A DNA stretch of 64,000 nucleotides from Chrysomallon squamiferum. Taxonomy: Eukaryota; Animalia; Mollusca. The stretch spans positions 31,310,001 through 31,374,000 of the forward strand of contig CM022672.1 of NCBI GenBank assembly GCA_012295275.1, in the 5' to 3' direction. A program made the position numbers and the translations under genes. Below, piece by piece: positions 14,165-29,870 of the stretch (positions are counted from its first letter, which is position 1; every line of letters starts with the position of its first letter). The notes beneath the pieces were generated by a model, which saw nothing but the letters and a program-made list of their open reading frames with translations, had not been told where the DNA came from and ran no database searches.

Positions 14165-15450
14165 CATATTCACATTTTGGAGTTTCAAATCAAATAAGGA
14201 TATCAACCTTTTCTAATAAACAGGAATCGTTTTTATATATAAATTACTAAACGTTTAAAACGTGACACGGGATATAGACAAGGGGATCTGTTATTTCACT
14301 GCGTTTTCATTTTGTGTGTTGAGAGTCTTGGAATCGTGGTAAGAAATAAAAAACATATAGATAAGGGATAGAGATAAACGGCAATGAATTTAAAATTTCT
14401 GTAAGCATCTGTGGAAATATTAAAATATGTTACGGATTTATCTGGTATTAAAGTTAATCCCTATCAAACAAATATAATAAACTTAGACAAAGACAAATTT
14501 GATCATAAAAAAAAGTGTTCAAAAAAAAAAAAAAAAAAAAGTTAAAATGGACTACAGAATTCATAATACTTCGGGTACGGTTTACCACGGATCTGTGTAA
14601 AATACAAGAATTAAACTTTAATGCAAAGTTGAAAGAGGTTAAAAGGCTGCTTGAAATGTTCTTAGTATCTTCTAAGAAATATTACTGCAATCAAAAGTTT
14701 AGTTTCATCGAAAGTTGTTTGTTTTTTCTTCACTGCCAAATCCAACAAACTACTTCTTTAAACTAGTAGAAACCTATCATTTCAGTTTATGTGGCCCGCC
14801 TGAGGAAGAGCCATGTCTCATGTGGTCCGCTTGAGACAAAGATTGTCGATGCCTGATTTAGAGGCTCACTGATATTAGTTTTCTGTTCAGCGTACAGTGA
14901 AACAAAATTGCTGAAACGCACAAATTCCTTTTGTAAAATTGAATTACTTATATGGCTAAACTTTCTAGAGAAATGTGAAACGATAAGGGACAAGATAAAA
15001 ATACTATGTCAGTAGATTTAGTATAACATTCATATTAAAACTGATAATAACTCAGTTTATTATAAGACACTGGCAAAGAAAGGAATTTTAGTTCTAAAGT
15101 AACTTTTTGTTAAATGCCACCTGGCTTTCATATATTGCATTTTGTAGAAAAGAAAATATAACTTTAGACCACTATTTACAGTTCACAACGGCGTGATTCT
15201 AGCAATTAATAACTAGTATAAACTGTTTTTATAAAATATATAAGAAAGCTAAATGGCAGGATATTTTTGGTACAGAGAGTTCTATAGCAAATGTTGGACA
15301 AGTGAATATCTTCTTCCATTCAAAGGTAACTTCAGACACAGAACTTAGATATTATCAGTGTAAGATCTTGTTAGTTATCATGTCAACTAGTAAGCATTTC
15401 CTATTATATGGTAGAAGAAAGATTGAGATAAATATGAAAATGTTTAGTGA
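14165..15450 (+). mobile_element. Decayed L1/Tx1-clade non-LTR retrotransposon ORF2 fragment (left-arm copy)
   Basis: Broken translation gives RQGDLLFHCVFILCVESLGIVVRNKK..KGIEINGNEFKIS, TDLSGIKVN, IKTDNNSVYYKTLAKKGILVLK and KVTSDTELRYYQCKIL. These match RT motifs (RQGDPLSP..F....E.L; SGLKVN) and the downstream conserved region of L1/Tx1 ORF2. The QFADD segment is deleted in this copy. Confidence 0.8.
14790..14855. mobile_element. Terminal fragment of a hAT/Charlie-like non-autonomous element inside the LINE relic
   Basis: gtggcccgcc...gtggtccgc...gattgtcgatgcctg followed by atttagag, resembling Charlie-type subterminal GGCCCGC motifs, a ...CCTG end and an NTCTAGAN-like target. It replaces the IWNKKPDKI-coding segment present in the right arm. 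Confidence 0.5.
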
Positions 15451-16212
15451 AAATTTAATGCGCTTTATGTAAATAAGTCCAGACATTCTGTAAATATGTC
15501 AAATATTCAAGGATAGAAAATGAATAAAAAAAAACAAAGTTTTAAATTATTTTTCTGTTTTGCCATTTTGTATGTTTCTTGCAATAACGTGTACTTTTAT
15601 TTATATAAAGAAATATTTATATCTCTAAAATATGTTAATTCTTCTTCTTCTTCTTCTTCTTATTATTTATGTTGTTGTTTTTGTAGTTGTTTTTACTTAT
15701 GTTATGGAGTCTTCTGTATTTTAACACGTTAATTTACTCTTTTTTTTATTAGCGTATATTAGTTGTATGATACAGTTGTATTAGTTGTATCATTTGTAAA
15801 GAAAAATACCAACAGATAAATAAAAAAGGAAAAAGTGATATAAATAAATAAATAAATAAATAAATAAATATATCACACCAATAATCATTACAACTGTTAC
15901 TGTTTGAACAATGCTATTTTTTCACACTAAACCTAATAAAGGTGGTATTTGTCACACCTGTGTTTAGATCACTCTGACTCATAACACATACAAATAAATC
16001 AGTGTCCCATGTATTCTGATTCACCGTTACATTGCATTTTTCAGGATCGTAGTATAACGTTTCTTGTCGCCAACACAACTGACACGCTATTTTTATCTGA
16101 CCTACTTATTAGACACTTGTTAACATAACTTTTTCATCGATATACTGAGTGAGAAATATTAATATTTTACAGACAAAATAAATAAATAAATAAATAAATA
16201 AATAAATATGTA

Positions 16213-16255
<43 letters not shown>

Positions 16256-17062
16256 GCAAAAGCTTTGCATGTATCTACCGCCATACGTGGCGTGACTTAT
16301 ACGATATCTGATTTCAATCACGTGCTTATCAGCAGACGACTTAGTAAACAGCGACACACAGAAAATATTTCAGTGACCTTGTCAAGCAGAAAGGCGTCAG
16401 TTGTAGGAAAACCACTCACAAACAAGACGCATTATTCAGAAGTTGTCGGCCATTTTGAAATTTGAAGGTATTTTGTATTTTATTTTTATATTTAATATAT
16501 GCCGTACTATTGCTTTGCTTAAAACAAATTAGACATATTCAGCTTGTAATCTATTTTGTCAGGGCTGTGAATTTTGATAAAGGCGTTTTTATTATTATTA
16601 TTTTATTATTATTTTTTGTTATACCTAGCACCCTGGTTTATGAGAAACATCGATAAACTTATTTAATAATAATAATAATAATAATGCTATGGTCCTTATA
16701 ATAATAATTATTATTCTATTCGCAGTAGTAGTAATAGTAGTAGTAGTAGTGGAACTAGTAGCAGTAGTAGTAGTACTGGTCCTAGTAGTAGCAGCAGTAG
16801 TAGTTGTAATGATAGCACCTAAATATAGTTCAAATATATCGTTGACAGCTTATACTATATATTCATCAGTCTTTTACTTTATTTCATTTTATTTATTTAT
16901 TTATTTATAGATCCCTGATCTCAGTGATCAATAGTAGATTCATTAAACAGAAATAACTCATTTCTAAGAAATTACTGATCAGGAAGTTTTTCATGTAGGT
17001 AACTATTTAGAACCTATAAAGTAGTGTATATTGTTTTTAATTTTATTCAAATTTATTTAATT

Positions 17063-17106
<44 letters not shown>

Positions 17107-17506
17107 GTTATTATTATATTTCTTCTCTTATTTATTTCTTTGCATGTGTTCCTTTCTTTCTTTCTTCCTTTCTTCATTCGTTCCTTCCTTCTTAACTAAC
17201 GTTGGTTCGTCTATCACCCGTTCCAGCCAGTTCATAAAATGTTATTGTATTTGTTTTCATCTACAATGGAAAACATCGAAAAAGAAAAAAAAAAGAAAAA
17301 CAAGAAGAAAGAATAAACATTATTGCTGCTATGGATATACATATCACAAACAGCGTTATAGCGTGAGGCTTTTTAAACATGAAAAAATATGTGCTAGACC
17401 CGACTATAAAATGTTTCTTTCCATCTGGTGTATGGAAGTAGAAGATGTGATAATATTATCTCATATAATTTTTATTACTTTTTATTATTATTATTATTAT
17501 TATTAT

Positions 17507-17550
<44 letters not shown>

Positions 17551-18492
17551 CTTGTAGTAATAGTATTAGTATTAGTAGTAGTAGTTGTAGTAGTAGTATT
17601 TATGAGTTTGTTGGTTGTTTATGGAAAGTGCCACTAGAGGATGTGATCATATTATCTCATATATTTTTTTGTTATTATTATTATTATTATTTACGAGTGT
17701 GTTGGTTGTGTTTATCGTCTTTATTGAAATTGTTTATCTTCTCACAATGCTGACAAATGTAAATAATTTCTTATTTTCACGGGCTATTTCTACACTTATG
17801 GACAGATAGTGTATTTATAATGCATTTGTCAGATCGCTGTAAATAACACCCGAGTATACCTTTGTGTGCTCATATAGCAGTGACACGCTGTTTTTATATG
17901 ACCTACATAACAAGAAAACAGTCAGTGTTAGATTACATTTATATACTGGTCATGCAAGCCTCGTCAGAGAAATAAGACGTACACTTATATTTAGTAAAGT
18001 TAATGTAAAAGTTATTTGTTATTATTAGTATTGTTGTTGATGATGATGTTGTTGCTGTTATTATTATTATTATTATTATTATTAAATTAATAACTTACGT
18101 ATAAACATTGGCATCTAGTATTTAATTTATTAAATTAGAATTAATGTAATTTATTGTAAAGAAGATTTATTTAAGATGAGTGTATATATATCTGTATTTT
18201 GTTTATTTTAATCTGAAACTGAAACGAAACACTTGATGACATAAAAAGAAATTTGACGTCAGTCGCGTGTTTATCAGTGGAGGTTTCCTAACTAAAAGAA
18301 CACAAAGCAAAACGGACAGTAGTCGGCCATATTGAACGTGTATTTTTTTTTATATTTTATTATGTTTTAACCATTCCAGTGTTCTTAATTTATTACTAAA
18401 TATATAAGAGTTAGTTAACAAATAGATTACTTAAATATGAGGTTTTTTAAATTGAGATGAGAAAAGTTATGTATATCCTGACTTTAATATGC

Positions 18493-18537
<45 letters not shown>

Positions 18538-19287
18538 TACTGCTATCCTATTATATCTCTCTCCCTCTTTTTTTTTTATTCCCGACTTTTGCTATATATC
18601 GCTTACTTTATAATATTTTTTTTATTTTATTTATTCTTAGATAGGTGACATCTGTGATCTATTACTGAGTTGATAGAAAATAGTCACTTATAAGAAATTC
18701 TCGATCAGGAAGTTGAAATTACAAGGTATTTTATTTTGTTCTATATTTCAAAAGTATCACATCTTGTTCCTTGATTTTCCTTACTTATTATTCTTTTTTC
18801 TTTTATAGTGTTTCTTTTTATATTTGTTATTGTCGGTAAATTATTTTGTCTTTTCGAGGAGTAAATTGGTATAAATGACCATTTGTACATTGCGATTTGA
18901 AAATCGTTTCTCCCATAGTTAAATATTTCTGTGTATAAAAAAATAATAATAATAATAATTATTGTTGTTGTCGTCATCATAATTATCACTAGTATAATGT
19001 ACCTCTTTTTATCTTTTATCGATTTGGTATATATTTATCAGATCTTTTTCTTTCTTTCTTTCATTATCTTTTATTTATTTATTTATTTTTAGATTTCTGA
19101 TCGCATTATTGAACAGAAAATAGTCTCTTGTTAGAAATGATCTTAGGTTGATTTTTTTTTACATAAAAATGTTTGGTTTTTGAATAATTTCTATGTACAG
19201 GTCATAGCTAGATGTGAATATAGAAAACTGGTCACTGCAGTCTGAGGCTGTGTACTAGAAACATTTTAAAATTATATTTCGTATGAG

Positions 19288-19326
<39 letters not shown>

Positions 19327-19413
19327 TAAATAATTATTTTTTTTTTATTAGCCCTAAGAACTTTTACAGTCTGTGTCCGAATAATATCTTTTTCTTTTTC
19401 TTTCCCCATTCCA

Positions 19414-19460
<47 letters not shown>

Positions 19461-19475
19461 GTTTATAGTGAAAAC

Positions 19476-21123
19476 ATGGCCACCTCAGCAGAAGTTTCAA
19501 GTTGGCAGACAGGGAAAAAACTGACGGAGTGTATTGAACACGTTTTTCGTACGAGAACAGACAGCGACGTCAGATTTGTTGTTGGGGAAGAAGAAAAACT
19601 GTGGATGCACATCGCTTCATCCTTATGATACGAAGCGAAGTCTTCCACAGGATGCTGATGGGAGAACTGCGCGAACAAAACAGCATCATGTTGCCTGATG
19701 TGGAGGCAGATATTTTCACTGAGTTTTTAAAGTATGTTAACAAACACACACACACACACACACAAACACAGACACACAGAAACACAGACACAGACACACA
19801 AACACACACACACAGACACACACAGACACACACACACACAGACACAGACACACACACACACATGCAGAAACACAGACACAGACACACACACACACACACA
19901 AACACAGACACACAGCGACACAGGTACGAACATAGTGAGTAACGAAACATACAAACCGACACGAACGTTGATAACAATACAGTTTTTGTTAGTAATCTAA
20001 TTATTTTCTAATTAATTAATCTCCCATAATTATCTCTCGTTTTGAAGTCTTACTATACATTCTTTTACACAGATATCTTTATACGGATGACATCGTCCTA
20101 ACAGGCGACAACGTCACCGGTCTGCTGTATCTATCAAAGAAGTACATCGTCACGACACTGGAAGAACAGTGCGTGCGCTATTTGGAGTCGTCGTTGTCGT
20201 CACGGAATGCGTGCGTCGTGCTGGAACAAGCTCACCTGTTTGATGAACACGATCTAAGAAAAAAAAGTCTGGACTTCATTTTGGAAAATGGCGACGAAGT
20301 TCTGAAGTCGGATGAAGTCACCGATCTTTGTCACGAATGTCTGGTTGAGATCGTACGATCAGACGAACTGACAGCAGACGAGAAAAATGTTTTTGAAGCC
20401 GCTGTGAAGTGGGCTGACAGCGCATGTAAGAAGCAAGGAAGACAGACGAATGGACAGAACATGCGCGAAGCACTGGGAGAGGCCGTGAAGCACGTGCGTT
20501 ATCCATTACTCGATCAGACGTATTTTGTAGAACACGTGACACCCACTAACATACTCAGTGACAGAGAAGAAAACAAGATTTTTAAAAACTGGGTGAAGAG
20601 TGATGAAGATGTTTCACCTTTTAACTCAAACAAGAGAACTGCAATGATGAAAACACAGATTACAATAAACAGGTTTGGTGGAACATTTGGTAACTGGATC
20701 TGTTCTGGTGTATTTGATCAAGCCATTACTTTCTGTGTCAACAAAAACGCTTTACTTCGCGGATTTCAGTTGTACAGTTACCGTGAACCACGAAGCTACG
20801 ACGTCAGCGCCTTCGTCACTGACACAAGAAGAGACGAAATAGTTGACGGGTCTACACTGACACAGAGATATAAACGCGTCGTGTCTGACGTGTATGACGT
20901 CGTGTTCAGACGTCCACTGAAGATTACTAAAGACACTGAGTACAGCTTGTTTGTTAATGTTAAGGGAGACAACTCATTGTGTGGAGTTGAAGGTAAATCA
21001 GAAATTGTTGTAGACTCTTTTGTTTGTAGATTTTCTAAGTCACACAAATCTAAACACAGTCACATAAAACTTAGTACATTTGTGAGACTCGGACAAATAC
21101 CTGCTTTGTTATTTTTAGTGTAA
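19476..21123 (+). CDS. BTB-BACK-PHR domain protein (BTBD1/2/3/6-like Cullin-3 adaptor), copy 1; carries a 1-nt frameshift in exon 1 as assembled
   Basis: Exon 19476-19731 ([85 protein letters not shown]), intron 19732-20072 (gtatgt...acag, phase 2), exon 20073-21123 ([26 protein letters not shown]..., BACK, then PHR ending GQIPALLF). The A-run at 19594-19598 has 5 A versus 6 in copy 2, which shifts the frame. Confidence 0.9.
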
Positions 21124-22329
21124 AAAACAACATCGTTCAAACACTGTGAGTTTCAGTCATCACTGGCCTAATATTTTTATTTTTATTTATTTGTTCATTT
21201 ATTGATTTATTGATTTGTTTACGTTTTTCTGATGACGTCAGATAGCAGTGATGACGTCATAGACATTTGATTTGATTTGAAATTTTATAATGGATTGTTT
21301 TGTGTCAAACAAATACTTGAAAAATGTATAATGACTTCTCACTGATTTATTATTTATTTATTTATTTATTTATTTATGTATATCTAATGTTTTTTGTTTG
21401 TATATGAAACAATATTACTAACTCTTTCTTGCTTCATTTGTACTTTTTTATTTCGGTTTAGAATGTATATAAAATAAAATATAGATAAATTATATATGTA
21501 CTTACTGACTGTTGGACATGAAATACTAGAACTGTTGTTTGATTTATTTATCCATTTTCTTTTATTAAGATTTATATTAAATATGTTAGTAAATTAGATA
21601 ACGTTTCGAATTTACTGTTTGTTTGTTTATGTATAACATGTATATAAAGAAAATGCAAATAAATTTGTATCATAAATTTTTTTCTTCGTTTATTTTGGTA
21701 TTTGACTGTTTAAAATAAAAGAAAAAATGGACATAAAAATAAAGTTTTTTATAAAAGAGTTAATACATAAAATGTTGGAGAAATTTCAGAGCAGATCCTA
21801 TATCTTTGATGAATATATTAAAATGAAAAAAAAAACTTTGAATAATGGCTAACCGGAAAAAACTTTGAATAATCCTGATCTCTCTATTTCGATATCTGTG
21901 TAAATTCCAGAATAAAGGAACATTTTATATAGTAATTTGGATTGTCAACATAATTTTTCAAGTACGATCATTTTCTAAAAAACGACAACATTTATCATGT
22001 AATTAGACTACCGCGTGGACAAAATGAAATGATCGCACTTTGTAAAATCTTAATAAACAATGATGCCAAGCTTCTTGTAATCACTATACGTGGTATCCTA
22101 ACAACAGTCTTGTGGTCAGTAGTCACACAGTTTGGAAAGCAGTCAAGCAGTAAGTAAGCTGGGCACCCCTGTGTGGAGAATGATCAACTAGTCTTGGCTG
22201 TGTCTCACTGCTAACTGTTTTAATCACAACTCCGGTGGGAAGCTGATTAAGTGTGCACCAAACCTTGACCTGTGTTGTTATGAGTTGTTTGACAAATAAG
22301 CCTATGACTAATGGGAGGTAACCCTATAC

Positions 22330-22639
22330 CACTGGTTTTCAACCTTTTTCATACCGCGACGACCTATGAGCAACTCAATTTGACCGAAAACCCCCTTTAA
22401 AATGTTTGATTGAATAATATCTAGGGTTACCATATTTTCGTCAACGAAAGACAGTACAGAAGGAATCTATATTCACTGTGACAGGTCCCAAACCTATCTA
22501 CTCGTTTTTATTTATTCCTCCTTTCAAGTCAAGATGAAAAAAACTAAAACATACCCTCATTCAAGAACGATCTGGCGGCCCCCAGAGAAAAGTCTGGCGA
22601 CCCTTTTGGAGGTCACGACCCTCAGGTTGAAAACCTATG
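22330..22639. mobile_element. hAT-superfamily MITE (MER5/Charlie-like), 310 bp
   Basis: TIRs cactggttttcaacct (22330) and aggttgaaaacctatg (ending 22639) match at 14/16. The 8-bp flanks ccctatac and cccttcac match at 6/8, consistent with an aged hAT TSD. Subterminal gcgacc/ggtcacgacc motifs are present. Confidence 0.75.
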
Positions 22640-23598
22640 CCCTTCACGCAGCTAAATGAACAAGATGATTATTATTGTGTTAATACCTAAGTGAATTCAC
22701 TTATTTAGATTAAGTGTCAAAAGCAGAGGTCTACATAAATACGTATGACGCACATCTGCTTTTTTTTTTTTATTAAATTCATCGCAAAGCGACCTAAAAA
22801 ACGACAAAGTATGGAACTTTCAGATACCACGCTATTGTCACAAACATAAAATTAAACATCAAAATATATACATCGATCTATTGTTTTTAATACAAAAGGG
22901 CAGTTAGCAAAGTACTGCATATAGAACGTGTTCAGGCAATTATGTCATTTATCGTGTGAATCTCATTTAAATTAATTTGTATACATGTTTAGTGGAATTG
23001 TGTTTATTGTCAAACTCTAATCACAACAGTAAAAATTGCATTTGACAGAAATAACAAAAGTCCGCTGACTTATCGCAGAATGTGTTCTGGAGATCGTTGG
23101 ACAAAACGGAGGCAAAATGCATTGATACATTCAAATTTCAAGTGATCTGTTTTAAGTAATAAATAAATGTCCATTAAGAACAGTTGTTCGAAACGAATAT
23201 TTCGGCAAGGAGTAACGACCGACAAATTAAAAAATCTGAATAAATTGACGATACACACAATGACCCAGTGAACGAAATTTTTTACACTGATGTTCTGAAA
23301 ATTATAAAACAAATTAAATATTTCTTTGTTGCTATCAAAATCAGACTTTTGCAATCGATGTAAAACATGGAGGCCATGACAGAGAAGTTTGCTTTGAAGA
23401 GAAACACGAAAAAAATGAGAAAGAAAAAGAAAACAGAAGAAAAAAAACCGCTGTCGTCGATGACGCTTAACAATAACATTAGAAATAAAATATATTTCGT
23501 GTCATTTTAATTTCTACAAGACGGCACTGTGTCTAAAAAGACACCTATGATTGGTCCCAAATGAATCAGAGTCCACTGTATACATACACACGTAGACA

Positions 23599-23654
<56 letters not shown>

Positions 23655-24149
23655 CAATATGCATTCTCTCTGTCTAGCACACAAATACACTGATTCAAAC
23701 TTTACTAACATAAATACAAACATACACACAAGTAAGTTGATAAACTTGTAGTTGTCAGTGTTTCCAGTATTAGCACACTAAGAAAGTTTATAATTTTGTA
23801 GTGACAATGTTTCTAGTACATACTAAGGCAACTGGCAGTAGTGGAACATTAACAGTCAGTTCTTACATAAGAAGACTGAAAGGAAGAAATAACAACACGT
23901 TTGTTTTAAAAATTACAATCAGATTTATTTACTAATCTACAGGTGTTACTTTTGTATGTTGGTGTGTCTTTGTATGTGTCAGTTTGTGTTTGTGTGACGG
24001 TTTGTGATTTTGAGCGTCGGTGTGTCATTGTGTGCGAGCGTGTAACAGTTAAAACAAAAGCAAAATTGTTGCGAAATATAATTACTCGAAGACGTAGGAT
24101 GTTACCGTTCGGCCACCGAGACCATGTCAGAGATTAGACAATGGTTTAT

Positions 24150-24316
24150 ATGCGTTCATGGTGAAACAGGAGACGATTTTATGTGTGGTGAGAGATTATG
24201 TGTGTGCGTTCAGTGGTGAAACAGGAGACGTATTTGTATGTGTGCATGTGAGAGATTATGTGTGTGCGTTCAGTGGTGAAACAGGAGACGTATTTGTATG
24301 TGTGCATGTGAGAGAT

Positions 24317-24325
<9 letters not shown>
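24150..24325. repeat. 60-bp tandem repeat, ~3 copies, merging into (TG)n
   Basis: gtgagagattatgtgtgtgcgttcagtggtgaaacaggagacgtatttgtatgtgtgcat repeats at an exact 60-bp period (24188, 24248, partial 24308). Confidence 0.85.
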
Positions 24326-24364
<39 letters not shown>

Positions 24365-24478
24365 TGTGTGTTAGAGAGCCAGAGGACGGGTACAAACATT
24401 TGTGGTGCGAAATACTGGGTACTGGGGGATTTTAACCTACATTGATTTTTCACTAGAGGGGTATTTGTCCGCTTGTGC

Positions 24479-24555
<77 letters not shown>

Positions 24556-25088
24556 ATAGTAGTAGTAGTAGTATTTACTGTTGTTGGTGTTGTTATATTT
24601 TTATTTTGGTCCTCATAGTTACTTTGTCTGTCTTTCTTTTATTCTATTTATCATTATTGTCGCCATCGTTATTTTTTGTTTCGTTTTGGTTTTGTACATT
24701 TTGTTGCTTAATAATGAGTAATACATTGACATAATAGCGCTTTTTTTTTCTGTTTGTTTTTTTAATTATTATTTACTATTCTATTCTTCTATACCGTGTA
24801 ATTGCAATTTTTTTTTTTTTTTTTTTTTTTTTTAAAGTGAATAAAATCAACAGGACAGACATTTTTCTCGCCAACTCAGTTATTTTTTCCGCGAGAATTG
24901 CAGATGTCAGTTATATTACTTCAGCATCAACCAATCAGCGATCAGACGAAACACACGTGGTAATTTTTTTTTATATTTGTATTTCCCTTTTTCGCGCCAT
25001 TTAAAGTTGGGGAGACTTGGAGTAAAACGTTCATAATATTTTCAAAGTAAGAATTTACCTGACTAAAATCGAAACCAAATAAAAATAA

Positions 25089-25135
<47 letters not shown>

Positions 25136-25227
25136 ATACATTTTTCATTTTGTTTCTTTCTTACTTCACTATCTGTTTTCGTTGTTTTCTTCAGTTATTT
25201 TAAATTATTATTATAATTATAATGACA

Positions 25228-25281
<54 letters not shown>

Positions 25282-25793
25282 TCATAAAAATTTTTGTTGT
25301 CCTTGTTGCAGTAAACAACGTTAAAAGAAGTGTCAAACGTTGAACAAGAATGTTGCTGAAAAGCGCAAACAAAAATTTCATTTCTTAGCGCCGTCTTTTC
25401 GAGGCTAGCTTTATATACAACGATGTTCTTATTTTTTCTTTCAAACGGAATGCTTGATTTTTTTCTCAGTTACTCTGTATGATGACCTGCTATAGTCATT
25501 TCTCTTTTGTCAATAATAGCATATTTAATTTTTCATCAAGTTCAATATCTAATAAAAATAAATATATTATTGAAAATGGAATAAGGATTATTGTAAGCAC
25601 AGGAACGAAACTAGTATAGCTAGAAAACGTTAAAGCTAACTTAAGTTTTGTCCTGTCTAAAATCTGCCATATGTAATCTTAACCTTCATTCCTAGAACAA
25701 CAATGGATATACGTGTTTTCACTTTCTTGTCCTATCCCAGTTTTAAAATGTTTCCATGTATTTTAATGTTATATTTACTTGCAATATCTTAGA

Positions 25794-25884
<91 letters not shown>

Positions 25885-26575
25885 AATGAAAAAGGGAGAC
25901 AACTCCGAACCGATGTTCATGGATAAGACTCGTGAATGCACCTTTAAAAAAAAAGTATTTTGAAAATAAAAAATCTCTCTGCTGTTTCCTTCTTTCTTAG
26001 TTTCTTTGAGGTTTTTGTTTCGTTTTCGTTTTCTTTCAGTTAGATTTGTATCTTCGATTACAAAATATGACAAAAACAAAAAGAAGAAAAAAAGGCTTTT
26101 AATTAAAAAAGAAAGGTATCACCCTTAATTTTCATCATTACTTTTCAAACAATTGTTGCATTTATTTGTATACGCATATCTGTCTGTTTATGTGTCTGTG
26201 TGTGTGTCTACATCTATATATATATCTATCTATCTATCTATCTATATATCAATCTATCTATCTATTATATACATATATCTATCTATCTATCTATATATAT
26301 AAATAACTAGATATATTGATAGACAGATAGATACAACTACATATACAGAATTAGAGACACACACGAATTGAGATAGAGAAACGGAAAGACAGACTGACAG
26401 AGAGATACATAAACATACACAGAGATATAAGTAGTTAGATACACAGATAGACAGACAGACGATCAGACAGATAGATAGATACATTTCAATCTACACAGTT
26501 CCCGACAGAAAACTGATATTTCGTGAAGGGTTGACGAATTTAATTCCGTGAATTACAAACATTAATGCTGTAGTC

Positions 26576-29331
<2,756 letters not shown>

Positions 29332-29377
29332 TTTTAACTTAGTGAACTTGGAGAATGATGCTGTAGGTTACAATAAA

Positions 29378-29626
29378 GTGTATCAGAGAAATGTTTACAA
29401 AGCTGACAACCAGCCGCAGTTTGTGTATACGAAGGAGATTCACACACGTAAACGTAAATTAACCACAAAAAATAGAGCAATTATAAAACAATTAATAAGC
29501 AAATCAAATCAAATAAATATATAAATAAATATAACAAATATCTGTATCTCTGGGTATGTGTATATATCTAAAATCTATATCTACATCGAAATAAATAAAT
29601 GAAAATAAATAAATAAATAAATAAAA

Positions 29627-29657
<31 letters not shown>

Positions 29658-29870
29658 ATATTCATAGTGTATCAGAAATATGTTTAGAAAGCTGACAACC
29701 AGCCGAAGTTTATGTATAAGAAGGAGATTCACACACGTAAACGTAAATTAATCACACGAAATATAGTAATTAAAAAAAAAAAATCAATAAACAAGAATCA
29801 AATCAAATAAATATTTATAAATAATAAATATCTGTATCTCTGCATATGTATATCTACATCGAAATAAATA
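29378..29870. repeat. ~200-bp direct duplication upstream of the MSMB-like ATG
   Basis: gtgtatcaga...aaagctgacaaccagccg...aaggagattcacacacgtaaacgtaaattaa...atatctgtatctctg...ctacatcgaaataaataaa occurs at ~29378-29600 and ~29667-29870. Confidence 0.8.

Larger units (their letters stand above)
13240..21483 (+). repeat. Left arm of ~8 kb inverted segmental duplication (partner 44894-52880)
   Basis: Colinear reverse-complement matches throughout, e.g. 13350-13446 vs 52645-52745, 13880-14110 vs 52250-52475, 15930-16100 vs 50050-50220, 17330-17450 vs 48840-48965 and the BTB gene. 3' flank 21380-21483 matches 44894-45000. Confidence 0.93.
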
